Below, in pieces: positions 9,528 to 18,463 of a stretch of 64,000 bases of DNA; within the stretch, counting starts at the first letter, position 1, and each line of letters opens with the position of its first letter. The notes beneath the pieces are model-generated. The model did not search any database. It saw only the letters and a list, made by a program, of their open reading frames with translations, and was not told the origin of the DNA. Made by a program: the position numbers and the translations under genes. Source of the stretch: an uncultured virus (IMG/VR IMGVR_UViG_2619619299_000002) (taxonomy: Duplodnaviria > Heunggongvirae > Uroviricota > Caudoviricetes); IMG/VR virus record IMGVR_UViG_2619619299_000002; one strand, written 5' to 3'.

Positions 9528-10013
9528 TCACCCGTCGCCATCTTCTTCGGCGTTCATTTGAATCGATTCGGCAAATCCTGCTTGCCGTAATTTGCGCGCC
9601 ACGTTTTCGGATACGTATAAAACGTGGCGCTTAATTTTGAAGTATCTTGCGGATTCATCGGCGCCCAGCGAATGGGCATGTGCGATCAGTCGCCAGATGG
9701 TCGCCCGGTCTTTCGTCTCGCCCAGTTTCGCGGTGAGCGCTCCCAGTCGGTCGCGCATTCCTTGGCGAAAATAGTGGCGGATGATGTCGGACGGCCCTTT
9801 GATCTTCGGCGGCGCCGGCGGCATGTCCTCGGCCCGGCCATTCAGCACCAGCAGTTGCACGGCCTCACTGACCTCCTCGATCTCATGCCAGAGCATCAGC
9901 TCGTCGAGCTTCTGCCTCGTGCCATACGGGACTGTGTGCCGCAATTCCTGCTCGCCCAGTTCCTGCCGCTTCTCGGCCAACTTGGCTGTTCGATCTTCCT
10001 GGGTCACAGCCAT
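9528..10013 (-). CDS. Hypothetical phage protein
   Basis: 161 aa; GAGG SD; a homologous 3' end appears at the right window edge. Confidence 0.75.
   Translation of the reverse strand: MAVTQEDRTAKLAEKRQELGEQELRHTVPYGTRQKLDELMLWHEIEEVSEAVQLLVLNGRAEDMPPAPPKIKGPSDIIRHYFRQGMRDRLGALTAKLGETKDRATIWRLIAHAHSLGADESARYFKIKRHVLYVSENVARKLRQAGFAESIQMNAEEDGDG
9596..9630. repeat. Palindromic element copy 1: GCGCCACGTTTT-N11-AAAACGTGGCGC
   Basis: Perfect 12-bp inverted repeat inside a CDS. Confidence 0.85.
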
Positions 10014-10082
10014 GGCCTACCTCTTCTATTCCGCTGGCCGGCAGTGCGAACCAGGTTTGACGTTTGCGTTGCTGGATGCGGG

Positions 10083-10553
10083 CTATGCGGCGCATGAGTC
10101 GACCTTCACCTGGCGCCAGGCGCCGACCGCTTCGAAGATCCTTGCGGCGTGCGCCTCGTCCAGCGACATCACTTCGGGAATGGCGATCCAGCCCGAGGCT
10201 ACCATCTGGCTCTGGTTGGCTTCGTCGCGGAGCTTCTTGTAGCAATGCTCGATTACGTCTTCCAGGTGGTCGGACAGGTAGATCCCGTCCGGCGCTACCT
10301 CCACCGACTTGCTGTAGCGGTCGCCGCGGGCGTCGATGCAAAGCGCGCTGAGGTAGATCGTCCAGCGGTGGGGGATACCGCAGACGGCCTGGCCAATCTT
10401 TCCCGGCGCGATGTTCTTCAGCGATTTGTAATTGATCATGCTCTGGCGGCCACTGGGGCCGATGTTCACCACGGCGACGTGATTGGAGGCCAGCAGTGAG
10501 CGGCACGACCGGGCGATGCGCGCCTGGAGGTTGTGTGCCTTGCGCTTGCTCAT
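10083..10553 (-). CDS. Hypothetical phage protein
   Basis: 156 aa; start overlaps the upstream stop. Confidence 0.75.
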   Translation of the reverse strand: MSKRKAHNLQARIARSCRSLLASNHVAVVNIGPSGRQSMINYKSLKNIAPGKIGQAVCGIPHRWTIYLSALCIDARGDRYSKSVEVAPDGIYLSDHLEDVIEHCYKKLRDEANQSQMVASGWIAIPEVMSLDEAHAARIFEAVGAWRQVKVDSCAA

Positions 10554-10792
10554 AATGCCTCCGCGAGTTTGCGCAGAGCATTACGCTCGGCCCTTGAAAT
10601 AGGGGGCTTGCGGCGCTTCAGGATGGTTTCGGGGTCAATCTTTTCCGAACGCTTGGCGGGGTCTGGATTAATCACCGGGCTTTTACCGATGGTGTATTTC
10701 CCACCTGCTGCCAGGTGTTGCTGGACCTGAAAGGAAAGCTCCAGGGCTTTCGCACGCCGAAATTCGATGTCTGATTTTAGGTTGCTGATCAT
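10550..10792 (-). CDS. Hypothetical basic phage protein
   Basis: 80 aa; in operon downstream of the exonuclease. Confidence 0.7.
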   Translation of the reverse strand: MISNLKSDIEFRRAKALELSFQVQQHLAAGGKYTIGKSPVINPDPAKRSEKIDPETILKRRKPPISRAERNALRKLAEAL

Positions 10793-10794
10793 TA

Positions 10795-11457
10795 TCAGGC
10801 TCCTAAGCGATGGGCTTGCGCCCGAGCTTTGTCCGCTACCTCATCAACCATGCGATTCAGTTCCAAGTTGAACTGGACCAGCTCTTTGTGCAGGTTGGCG
10901 ATGTAGTCCTCATCGCGGTAAATCGTCTCGATATAGAGCTGGCACTCTTCATCTTGGCGAGAATCAAAGGACAGGAAGTCCCACCATTTGCGGCCCGTAA
11001 CGAACATGCAGCCTTGGACCTGCGGCATGTGTTCCTCGGACATGCCTTCGAGCCAAGTTCTGACGTGTATCGCTTCGTTGAAGGGGCACTTCGATTCGGT
11101 ACCGCCGTCGTCGTTGATAAGTCCGTCTGGCGAACATCCAAGCCAGTCGTACTTCTGGTGGACGATGAACTCTGACGGTATGACGATGTTGCCCGTCAGC
11201 ATCTCGTAGGCGTCTTGAGCCTTTTGTTCTTCGGTGTGACCCCACTTTAAAGAGGCGCTGCTGACGTTGTGCTTGGACTTCTTTGCCAGCCGCTCGAAGC
11301 ACAGCTCACGCATGTACGAGGTGCGTGCGCCCATAGGCTCGCGCTTACCATTTTTGTCAGGCTTCCCCCAGGCCATCACGTCTTTAAAGCGGCTGGCTGT
11401 CACGCGCCCAGATCGGTCCGCATGCCACTTTTCTGTGCCCTGAAGCTCCGCTCTCAC
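10795..11457 (-). CDS. YqaJ / lambda-exonuclease family protein
   Basis: W...R.GRVTAS, WGH..E, GCSPDGL, ESKCP and QVQG.M motifs. Confidence 0.92.
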   Translation of the reverse strand: MRAELQGTEKWHADRSGRVTASRFKDVMAWGKPDKNGKREPMGARTSYMRELCFERLAKKSKHNVSSASLKWGHTEEQKAQDAYEMLTGNIVIPSEFIVHQKYDWLGCSPDGLINDDGGTESKCPFNEAIHVRTWLEGMSEEHMPQVQGCMFVTGRKWWDFLSFDSRQDEECQLYIETIYRDEDYIANLHKELVQFNLELNRMVDEVADKARAQAHRLGA

Positions 11458-12446
11458 TACGCAGCCTCCTCTGAATGGGACTGGTCACCGCTGGGGCCCG
11501 TTATGTCGGTAAAGTCGGCATCGACGGTAGCCGCCAAGCTTTTTAGGGCTTCGTGGCATTCCAGGCCGATCGCTGCGCGCTGCTTCGGCTTGAGACCTGC
11601 CCAGGCGGCCGCGTAGGCGTCGATGTCCTGTTGCCTTGCAACGACCAGGAGGTCTGCGAATACACCGTCTATTTCCGGTGATGGGGATTTTGGACCAAAC
11701 GAAACGCCAGCGGCGGCATCGCTGTTTGCGGCTTGTTTTGTTGGAGTGATATCAATCTCGCCGCCGTATGAATCCTCGAATTCATCGGGCGTATAAACGC
11801 CAAGGATCACGTCAGGACAGAAGAGGCGTGCCCACTTCTTGGTCACCAAGTAGGCGATCTGTTGTTTGGGGTCTTCCGCCCAAAGCGTAGAGTTGCGCGT
11901 GCGGACCTGGGTCAGCAGAAGCTCCAGAGTGCGTGGCTCGTCTTCGCCCCGAAAGGTCGCCCAAACCTTGATGCCGAGCCCTTTTTCATCGTCAAAGCTC
12001 CAGGCGGGAACGCGATATTTTTTAAACTCGCCAGTGTCCTCATCCTTCTTGGTCTTACTGGTAACTTCGCGCATCTTCCCGATGACGTTTTCCCAAGCGC
12101 CGAACCATTCAAAGTTCAATCGACCTTTGACTGGCGCCTTGGCGGTGATCACTGCGTTAACAAGCTGCGCCTCGTAGCTCAATGCGCCGCCGTTGACGAT
12201 GAACGTTTTCTGCGCCACAGCGAAGGGGTTCATTTGCCACTGCATTGCTTGAAGCACCACCGCCATGCAGTCGGCTTGGTTCCCCTTAAGGTGTTTCGGG
12301 ACGGTTGTCACTCCCTTCGACATCATCATCGCGAGGTCGCTCATCGACCGCATGGTGCCAGGGTCGAGGATGAGCGCGGCCGCGTTGTGCGATGGATCGT
12401 GATAAGTGGCGAGGCCGGTTTGTGCTTGGGTGTCTGTATCGGTCAT
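11457..12446 (-). CDS. recT: RecT-family ssDNA-annealing recombinase
   Basis: PKHLKG...WQMNPFAVAQKT and WARLFCPDVILGVYTPDE motifs; adjacent to the exonuclease. Confidence 0.85.
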   Translation of the reverse strand: MTDTDTQAQTGLATYHDPSHNAAALILDPGTMRSMSDLAMMMSKGVTTVPKHLKGNQADCMAVVLQAMQWQMNPFAVAQKTFIVNGGALSYEAQLVNAVITAKAPVKGRLNFEWFGAWENVIGKMREVTSKTKKDEDTGEFKKYRVPAWSFDDEKGLGIKVWATFRGEDEPRTLELLLTQVRTRNSTLWAEDPKQQIAYLVTKKWARLFCPDVILGVYTPDEFEDSYGGEIDITPTKQAANSDAAAGVSFGPKSPSPEIDGVFADLLVVARQQDIDAYAAAWAGLKPKQRAAIGLECHEALKSLAATVDADFTDITGPSGDQSHSEEAA

Positions 12447-12499
12447 TGCGCTCTCCGTGGCCGACGTGGAGTGGGTCGGCCGGCAGATGGAAAGGATGG

Positions 12500-13648
12500 T
12501 TAGAAGCGGGTGGCCCGCAGCCAATCGCGAGCAGTGTCGATAGTCACGTCGAAGCCGAGCGCTACAAGCTCGACAATGTCGTCAGCCGGGGGAGTGGTCG
12601 GGTCCACGTCGATGGATTCAACGGAGACGGCGACTACGGCAACAGGGGCGGTTTCAGCCGGAGTGGCAGTGACAGCGGCCACTGGCGCAGGCGCGGTAGC
12701 CTGGGCGCGCAGGCGGGCAAGTTCTTCCTGGTCTCGCTGATACTGGGCTTCGCGCTCGCGCTGCTGGCGTTGTTGCTCTTCCTGCTGTTCACGCTGCTGG
12801 CGTTGCTGTGCCTCCATATCGCGGCGCTGCTGGTCCAGTTCGTCCTGCTGCTGCTTCAACCGCTTGCGGTCTTCCTCAGCTCGCTGCTTACGTAGCTCCT
12901 CGGCTTCGGCGTCGGCGATGCGTTGTTTCTCGCGCAATTCATCTAGTTCTTTCTGCTGGGCCAGCAACTTAGCAGCAGCTTCTTCTCGCTCAGCGGCAGA
13001 CTTGAACAGCGCTTCCAGTTGCTCAATGGCGTTGTCGCGAGCGATGGTGCCTTCGGCTTCAAATTCGCCATATTCTTCGGGCAGGATCACCGACTCTTTG
13101 ACACCCTGCAAAATGCTGGAGACGTCTGCGGCGCTGCGGCTCGCATAGGCGGCAGCGACAGAACTGAAGCGGTTGATTTTTGCCCGGATGGCTTCGATGC
13201 GTTCTTGCTCCAGGCGCTCTTTCTCGGCCTTGGCGTCGGCGACGCGCTTCTCTTCGGCCTTGATGGCTTCGTCGATGGGCTCTTCAAGCACGAGGACGCG
13301 AGCCTTAAGCGCTTCGCCAAACTCCTTGACCTGATTGACTCGGGCCTGAGCGTCTTTGACCTTCTGCTGATATGGCACCAGCGCCGTCTTGGTGGTGTTT
13401 GCCAGGGCATAACGCACGTCGCGGATATCGACGCGAACCTCCTTCGCATTCGCCAAACCTTCGCTCGTCGAGCAGTCGACGACCAGCTTCGCGTAAGTTG
13501 TTTCCAGGCGAACGATTTGCTCCTCGTGTGGCCGATACTCCGCGATGTCGGTGACGGCGACAGCAGGGGCAATGGACTTCTTGGATTCTTCGGTTTCGCT
13601 CGCTTGGAGCGATTCTTGTGCGATTGCTTGGTTGGTATTTTTGGACAT
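12500..13648 (-). CDS. Coiled-coil phage protein
   Basis: MSKNTNQ start; E/Q/R-rich helical sequence. Confidence 0.8.
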   Translation of the reverse strand: MSKNTNQAIAQESLQASETEESKKSIAPAVAVTDIAEYRPHEEQIVRLETTYAKLVVDCSTSEGLANAKEVRVDIRDVRYALANTTKTALVPYQQKVKDAQARVNQVKEFGEALKARVLVLEEPIDEAIKAEEKRVADAKAEKERLEQERIEAIRAKINRFSSVAAAYASRSAADVSSILQGVKESVILPEEYGEFEAEGTIARDNAIEQLEALFKSAAEREEAAAKLLAQQKELDELREKQRIADAEAEELRKQRAEEDRKRLKQQQDELDQQRRDMEAQQRQQREQQEEQQRQQREREAQYQRDQEELARLRAQATAPAPVAAVTATPAETAPVAVVAVSVESIDVDPTTPPADDIVELVALGFDVTIDTARDWLRATRF

Positions 13649-13705
13649 GACGATCTCTCGCCGCGCCAGGCGCAGCATTGAAAGTGGTTGGGTTGGGTTG
13701 TGCCG

Positions 13706-13933
13706 TCAGGCGGCAGAAACGAGCGATGCGTTGTAGTCGGCGTAAATCTTGTCGATGAGTGCCCGGAAGTGCCGGTGTTCGTTTTCGTCGATAACCCGCA
13801 GCATGAAAGCGAGGGTGACGCATGATGTGGCCGCCGCACTGGCGTTTGGCTTGCCAAGTTCGAGAATCATGTTTTCGATCTCTCCCTCGATCCAGTTCAC
13901 GGCGTTTAGGTGGTCCCGCTGAGTAGCGTTCAT
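13706..13933 (-). CDS. Hypothetical phage protein
   Basis: MNATQRD; start overlaps the upstream stop. Confidence 0.65.
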   Translation of the reverse strand: MNATQRDHLNAVNWIEGEIENMILELGKPNASAAATSCVTLAFMLRVIDENEHRHFRALIDKIYADYNASLVSAA

Positions 13934-14160
13934 TGATCGCCTCCTGCCGGCGGACATATCGCCTCCATCTGCGCCATCGCCAGCCCAATGCGCAGCTTGA
14001 GGCTGGCGCGCTCTTTGAGTCGTTGCTCCTCGCGTCCTGCCAAGTCCTCTGTTGTGTACTCATGGAACAGGTCAGCGTGCTGCTGCTTCCCAAAGTTCGG
14101 CAAGTCCCAGCGCCTGTCGGATTCCCGGGCCTGAGCGCTATCCGCGTAACTGGTCGGCAT
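13930..14160 (-). CDS. Hypothetical phage protein
   Basis: MPTSYADS with GGAG SD. Confidence 0.6.
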   Translation of the reverse strand: MPTSYADSAQARESDRRWDLPNFGKQQHADLFHEYTTEDLAGREEQRLKERASLKLRIGLAMAQMEAICPPAGGDQ

Positions 14161-14404
14161 GTAGGCACTCCAGGCGCCGAGCGAGGGCGCAGGCTTCGTT
14201 GTGATCGCGGCGGAACCCAATGACCTTGCCGGTCCGGCTGTCCACCACATGGAAGAAGTCGCGGCCTGCAGGCTTCACCATCATCCGGAAGGTGACCGCC
14301 GGCTCAGGTCGCCCAATCAGCCGGTAGAACTCGGCAGTGGCGATACGGGAACGCTGATGCAGGCCGTCGACAATGTCGCGGCGCGATTGGATGCTGTGGT
14401 GCAT
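14138..14404 (-). CDS. Hypothetical phage protein
   Basis: 88 aa; GGAGG SD. Confidence 0.7.
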   Translation of the reverse strand: MHHSIQSRRDIVDGLHQRSRIATAEFYRLIGRPEPAVTFRMMVKPAGRDFFHVVDSRTGKVIGFRRDHNEACALARRLECLHADQLRG

Positions 14405-14423
14405 GGTCGCCTCCAGGATGGCG

Positions 14424-14609
14424 TTATTCAGTGGGAAGAGGTGGGAGCGGCATCCAGTGACTTGGATCGCCGTACCAGAAGCACCATCCGAGAGTTTTGT
14501 CGTACAGCCACTCAGTGACCTGCATCTCGCCGTACTCGAACAGGCACAGGTAATCGCGCTTCTCGCCTTCTGGCGGTAGCCGGTCGCTGCACTTGATCCA
14601 ATTGCTCAT
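14424..14609 (-). CDS. DUF551 (Eaa-like) protein
   Basis: WIKCSDRLP N-terminal motif and SHWMPLP C-terminal motif. Confidence 0.85.
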   Translation of the reverse strand: MSNWIKCSDRLPPEGEKRDYLCLFEYGEMQVTEWLYDKTLGWCFWYGDPSHWMPLPPLPTE

Positions 14610-14630
14610 GGAGACCTCCAGTATTTGGGG

Positions 14631-14822
14631 TTAGGCGGTGGCTGGTAGGGCTTCACGAAAGCGCGACGGGCTCCAGTCGCAAGCCTCATCAGCAGGGATG
14701 TGGCCGAACATCAGCGTGCAGCGGCGGCAATGCACGCAGTCGCCGCAGGTCTTGCCCTCGGGCAGATTCATTTGGTCAGCGTTGTCTGCCGACCGTGGAT
14801 ATGGCTTTCTTTGCTCGCTCAT
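14631..14822 (-). CDS. Small Cys-rich protein
   Basis: LPEGKTCGDCVHCRRC...CDWSPSRF. Confidence 0.75.
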   Translation of the reverse strand: MSEQRKPYPRSADNADQMNLPEGKTCGDCVHCRRCTLMFGHIPADEACDWSPSRFREALPATA

Positions 14823-15025
14823 GAATGACTCCGTGGACTTGGTTCACCTGTATTCGTCAACACTCATGCCTCCCGCTGGTTGCCGATGGGCGCGGGGGAG
14901 GAGTGCTGACGTAATAGAGGTGGGGAAGGGTGCCGGTCTTTCCCGGCTACGGCGGCGCTGGCCGTTTAGCGAGTCGCACTGAAGGCTGGTAGCATCGACA
15001 CTCCTTCTCGGAGCAAGGAATTGCT

Positions 15026-15439
15026 ATGCGTCAGGTTGTTGAAAGGGCGTTAAGCGTGATCGCGGCAGAGAGCAGCGAGCCTGAATACACTGAAGCGTTC
15101 AGCGCTGTTCGTGCAGTAGTGGTTGAGTTTGGGGAGGAAAATCTGGCTGACCGGCTTTTTGCCGATATTCCCGATTCGATCGCTTTCATGCAGGTGGCCC
15201 GGCTCTTCGACTTTCTTGCCTGGCAGACGGATGACAACGGCTCTGCGATGACTCGAACCGTCGAGCGCTGGCTTATCGAAGGCACAAATCTGCGCAAGAT
15301 TCAGATCGCCCTTAACCTAGATGTGTACCCGTTTCCGGACGAGCATGAGATGTACCGCGTACTGTCTGATGTGGCTGTATCCTTCCCGCAGATGGCTGAT
15401 AGATGCCAGCAGCTAATCAGCTCTCGGAAAAGTCGGTAG
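15026..15439 (+). CDS. Hypothetical protein, antisense moron in the pL leader
   Basis: 137 aa; AAGGA SD; TGGTAGCAT extended -10 upstream; terminator downstream. Confidence 0.75.
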   Translation: MRQVVERALSVIAAESSEPEYTEAFSAVRAVVVEFGEENLADRLFADIPDSIAFMQVARLFDFLAWQTDDNGSAMTRTVERWLIEGTNLRKIQIALNLDVYPFPDEHEMYRVLSDVAVSFPQMADRCQQLISSRKSR

Positions 15440-15456
15440 CACCTGGTCTACATCCC

Positions 15457-15480
15457 AAAGCCCGCTCTTCGAACGGGCTT
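15457..15480. terminator. Hairpin terminator, possibly bidirectional
   Basis: AAGCCCG-loop-CGGGCTT. Confidence 0.6.
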
Positions 15481-15757
15481 CAGTGATGCTTTCCGCCGTG
15501 ACCCGCTACTGGCGTCGATCATCGGCTTGAATCAAATGTTCTTCCAGCCGCGGGCCTTTCGGCTTGTTCTCCCGCTGGATAACTGTTCTTGGCGCTTTAC
15601 GCTGCACGCCCGGGTCAGTTGCCAACCCTCTGAACCGTTTAGGCCGGTTCATTGCTGCCTTTGAATCTGGGCCGGTGGTGATCCGGCAAGGGGTGTAACC
15701 AAAGAGCGTCGGGTTGTGAGGCCCTTCGCAGTGGCTGTGTGTCGCTGCGATGGGTTG

Positions 15758-15801
15758 AATTTATCCCTGTGATAAATTTGTGTCAATATCATTTTGATAA
15801 A
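15758..15801 (-). promoter_or_regulatory. pL promoter with two overlapping repressor operators
   Basis: TTGACA-N17-TAAATT on the minus strand; operators TTTATC-CCTGT-GATAAA (15760-15776) and AATATC-ATTTT-GATAAA (15785-15801). Confidence 0.8.
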
Positions 15802-15851
15802 TTTATCTCGTTTTTCGTTTATCTTTCGTATATCGAAGATTTCTATAGGCG

Positions 15852-15878
15852 AAAAAAAGCCCGCTCAATGGCGGGCTT
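15852..15878 (-). terminator. Rho-independent terminator ending the immunity-region morons
   Basis: AAGCCCGC/GCGGGCTT stem with a T7 tail on the minus strand. Confidence 0.8.
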
Positions 15879-15897
15879 GTAATATGGGGGGCGGGAA

Positions 15898-16143
15898 CTA
15901 TGGCACTGGTGATTTGCAGTGCTTGCAGATGCTGGCGTCTCTATTTATGCGCTCAGCACAGGCGGGGCACTTCTTGAGTGCTTTACGCCAAACCCATATC
16001 CCAATGAGTGATAGAGGCAGACCAACAATCATTAGCCAGCCAGCCTCAATCGCTTTATGCGAGCCGGGGAAGGCGCTCTGAGCCTCCCAAAAACCGAGAG
16101 CAAAGGCGGCCAGTCCAAGCGTTGTCAGTATTTTCCAAAGCAT
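15898..16143 (-). CDS. Two-TM protein with C-terminal zinc ribbon
   Basis: Hydrophobic helices, then KKCPACAERI...ICKHC; GGAGG SD. Confidence 0.75.
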   Translation of the reverse strand: MLWKILTTLGLAAFALGFWEAQSAFPGSHKAIEAGWLMIVGLPLSLIGIWVWRKALKKCPACAERINRDASICKHCKSPVP

Positions 16144-16299
16144 CGAAACCTCCATGTGAATTGAACCGGAATCCTACCATGCAGGCGATATGACATCACT
16201 ACAGGTGAGCCGAGATAATCGTGAGAATGGATTAGTGAGGCGCAGGGAGGGGCCGATACAATAAGCCCGCGCTTGGTGGGTTTCTTCGAAGTGCGGAGG

Positions 16300-16734
16300 T
16301 CACATCGTGTCGATCTCAGCTCTCAGCTGGTTAATTGCAGATTCGTAGGTGGCTCTTTCGCGACTTTCCTCGCCAAATTCCCGAGGCGTACTCAACCAAT
16401 CCATATACCCAAGCCATGCGGCGTAGGCCCGCGTGATAGCTGGCTTCAATTCTGGATTCTTTGCAATTTCGTCCTTTACGTATGGCTTCATTTTCGGCTT
16501 GCCGTTATCGACACAATCTTTCGACTCCCGGAAAGATTTTTCCACCAATGCTTTGTACTTCTTGCTGCTTTCGCCGAAGTCTCGGCGAGCGAGAAAGGCA
16601 TCCAGCCCGGTCGTACCACCCACAAGGCTGCATGATGCGGCACCACCTTCAAGGCGCTCAATGAAAGTCGGCTCAGCAAGAGCAGGCAAAGACAATGCCG
16701 CTATAGTCAGCCCTAAAAGTGCAGTTAGGCGCAC
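16300..16734 (-). CDS. Secreted hypothetical protein
   Basis: GTG start after GGAGG; signal peptide ending PALA. Confidence 0.75.
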   Translation of the reverse strand: MRLTALLGLTIAALSLPALAEPTFIERLEGGAASCSLVGGTTGLDAFLARRDFGESSKKYKALVEKSFRESKDCVDNGKPKMKPYVKDEIAKNPELKPAITRAYAAWLGYMDWLSTPREFGEESRERATYESAINQLRAEIDTM

Positions 16735-16804
16735 AAGAATCCCTCCTGTAATTGAGCCTGCACTTTACCATTCGTGGCGTACAGCCACCATTGGGGGAGG
16801 GTGG

Positions 16805-17023
16805 TCAATCCGGCCCCTGGACTTTTAGCCTGGCCAGGCCCTGCTTGATGTGCCCTGCGTCCTCCCCGATCACCTCAAGGGCGCCACGCACGTTATCGCC
16901 GACCTCGGCATGGCCTTGCTTTTCGACGAGCAGCGTCAACTCCATCAGCGAAGCCTCAAGGGCGAGCTGGTTTTCGTAGATTCGTTCCAAGGTATCGGTG
17001 AGGGAGTATTCGGGGGAGGGCAT
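16805..17023 (-). CDS. Small helical hypothetical protein
   Basis: YENQLALEAS motif; paralog at 56849-57058. Confidence 0.75.
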   Translation of the reverse strand: MPSPEYSLTDTLERIYENQLALEASLMELTLLVEKQGHAEVGDNVRGALEVIGEDAGHIKQGLARLKVQGPD

Positions 17024-17065
17024 TGCTCTGTCTCCATAGAGGGCATGGAAAGCGTAGCAGCAGGC

Positions 17066-17090
17066 AAAAAAAAGCCCGCTTGTGGGCGGA
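17066..17090 (-). terminator. Rho-independent terminator
   Basis: GC-rich stem followed by T8 on the minus strand. Confidence 0.65.
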
Positions 17091-17208
17091 CCTAAAGGGA
17101 ATTCTTCAAAGGAGTAGAGGGAGTTTGGCCCCTCTCCTGTAAATACCAGGTGAAAAGGATGTCGCCGAAACGAAAGGTATGGTGCGGCGGTTAGTTTGAA
17201 GGTCGAGC

Positions 17209-17532
17209 TCAGAATGAAGTCGCGATTGCTAAGGCGAGTTGATGGTCAGTCATCAGCGGTGGTGCGTAGGTCGTGTGATAAAAGCGTACTGCCTGTTCAA
17301 ATTGTGCGCCGCGAATCTCGCCTTTTGAGCCGATGAACGCAAGGGCGTCAGCCTTTGCAGGCTTGAAGTTATTTGAGGCCAGCATGGTAAGCCCGGTAGT
17401 TGCCGCAATGGTGACGGTTGGAGCAAATAGCACAAGGAACATCGAATTTTCGTATGAGCCCCTATCTTCTGCAGCCGCCTGAGCGCTGATCGATACCGTG
17501 AGGGCGATTGTCAGAGTCTTCCATGAGCCCAT
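17209..17532 (-). CDS. DUF2388-family secreted protein (copy A)
   Basis: Signal peptide; AKADALAFIGSKGEIRGAQFEQA motif. Confidence 0.8.
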   Translation of the reverse strand: MGSWKTLTIALTVSISAQAAAEDRGSYENSMFLVLFAPTVTIAATTGLTMLASNNFKPAKADALAFIGSKGEIRGAQFEQAVRFYHTTYAPPLMTDHQLALAIATSF

Positions 17533-17677
17533 TCTTCGATGCTTCCATTGCTATCCGAGGGCGCAACGATAGCAGAGCAGGGCTCTTACTAGAAGCAGGA
17601 AGCCCGGCGCAAGGTTCAGTAGGGTTATCCCCGTCACTGTGGACTGGCACTGAGTCTGGGGCTGTTCGCAAGAATCG

Positions 17678-18001
17678 CTAGCGCTCCTTTGTGACGCATT
17701 TCATCAGATTGAGCACAGCTTTTTTTTCGCGCTCAGAGAGAATTGACAACCGTTGGAGGAAGTTCTGCTCGGAGATCTGGTTATCGCTGAGCCGGGGAGT
17801 TGTCCGGCTACCGGTAACGACATAAAAGGTGTCGACACCAAGAGTTAGCAATTGGACAAGGTATAGCGCGTTAGGGCTTCGCTCGCCACGCTCATACTTG
17901 CCTTGAGCGTTTGCCTGTACCCCTCCTGCAATGGCAAAGCTACCTTGCGTCATTCCTAGGCGGGTTCGCTCTTCTCTAAGTCGGTTGCCTATTTTACTCA
18001 T
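17678..18001 (-). CDS. XRE-family HTH regulator
   Basis: IGNRLREERTRLGMTQ...YERGERSP...GVDTFYVVTG. Confidence 0.88.
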   Translation of the reverse strand: MSKIGNRLREERTRLGMTQGSFAIAGGVQANAQGKYERGERSPNALYLVQLLTLGVDTFYVVTGSRTTPRLSDNQISEQNFLQRLSILSEREKKAVLNLMKCVTKER

Positions 18002-18069
18002 GCATTGGTGCTCCGGAGATCAGGATAGCCATTTACAGAAGAACGCGTATTGACTGTGAGAGGATGCGC

Positions 18070-18396
18070 TCAGTAGGACGCCGCGATCAACTGGGCAATC
18101 TGCATATCTGACAGGATAGGCGAGCTATAGGTCGAACGGTAGTACCGAGATGCCTGTTCGAGCTGAGCGCCGCGTATCTCGCCATCAGAACCAATGAATG
18201 CCAGGGCGTCGGTCTTGGCTGATTTGAATATCTTTGGCGGCTCTGTCGTGAGGGATGTGGTCGCTCCAATTAAAATGGTTGGCGAGGAGATTGTGATAAA
18301 TATCCCGGCAGCGATAGGGTTGACGTCATCACCTGATACGGCCTGAGTGCTGACAGATGCCAGTAGGGCGATCGCCAGTGCCTTCCATGACTCCAT
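18070..18396 (-). CDS. DUF2388-family secreted protein (copy B)
   Basis: Signal peptide; AKTDALAFIGSDGEIRGAQLEQA motif. Confidence 0.8.
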   Translation of the reverse strand: MESWKALAIALLASVSTQAVSGDDVNPIAAGIFITISSPTILIGATTSLTTEPPKIFKSAKTDALAFIGSDGEIRGAQLEQASRYYRSTYSSPILSDMQIAQLIAASY

Positions 18397-18463
18397 TCTT
18401 CGAGGCTTCCATTGCGATCAGAGGGCGCCACCATAGCAGTGTAGGGTGCTTGCCAGATACAAG

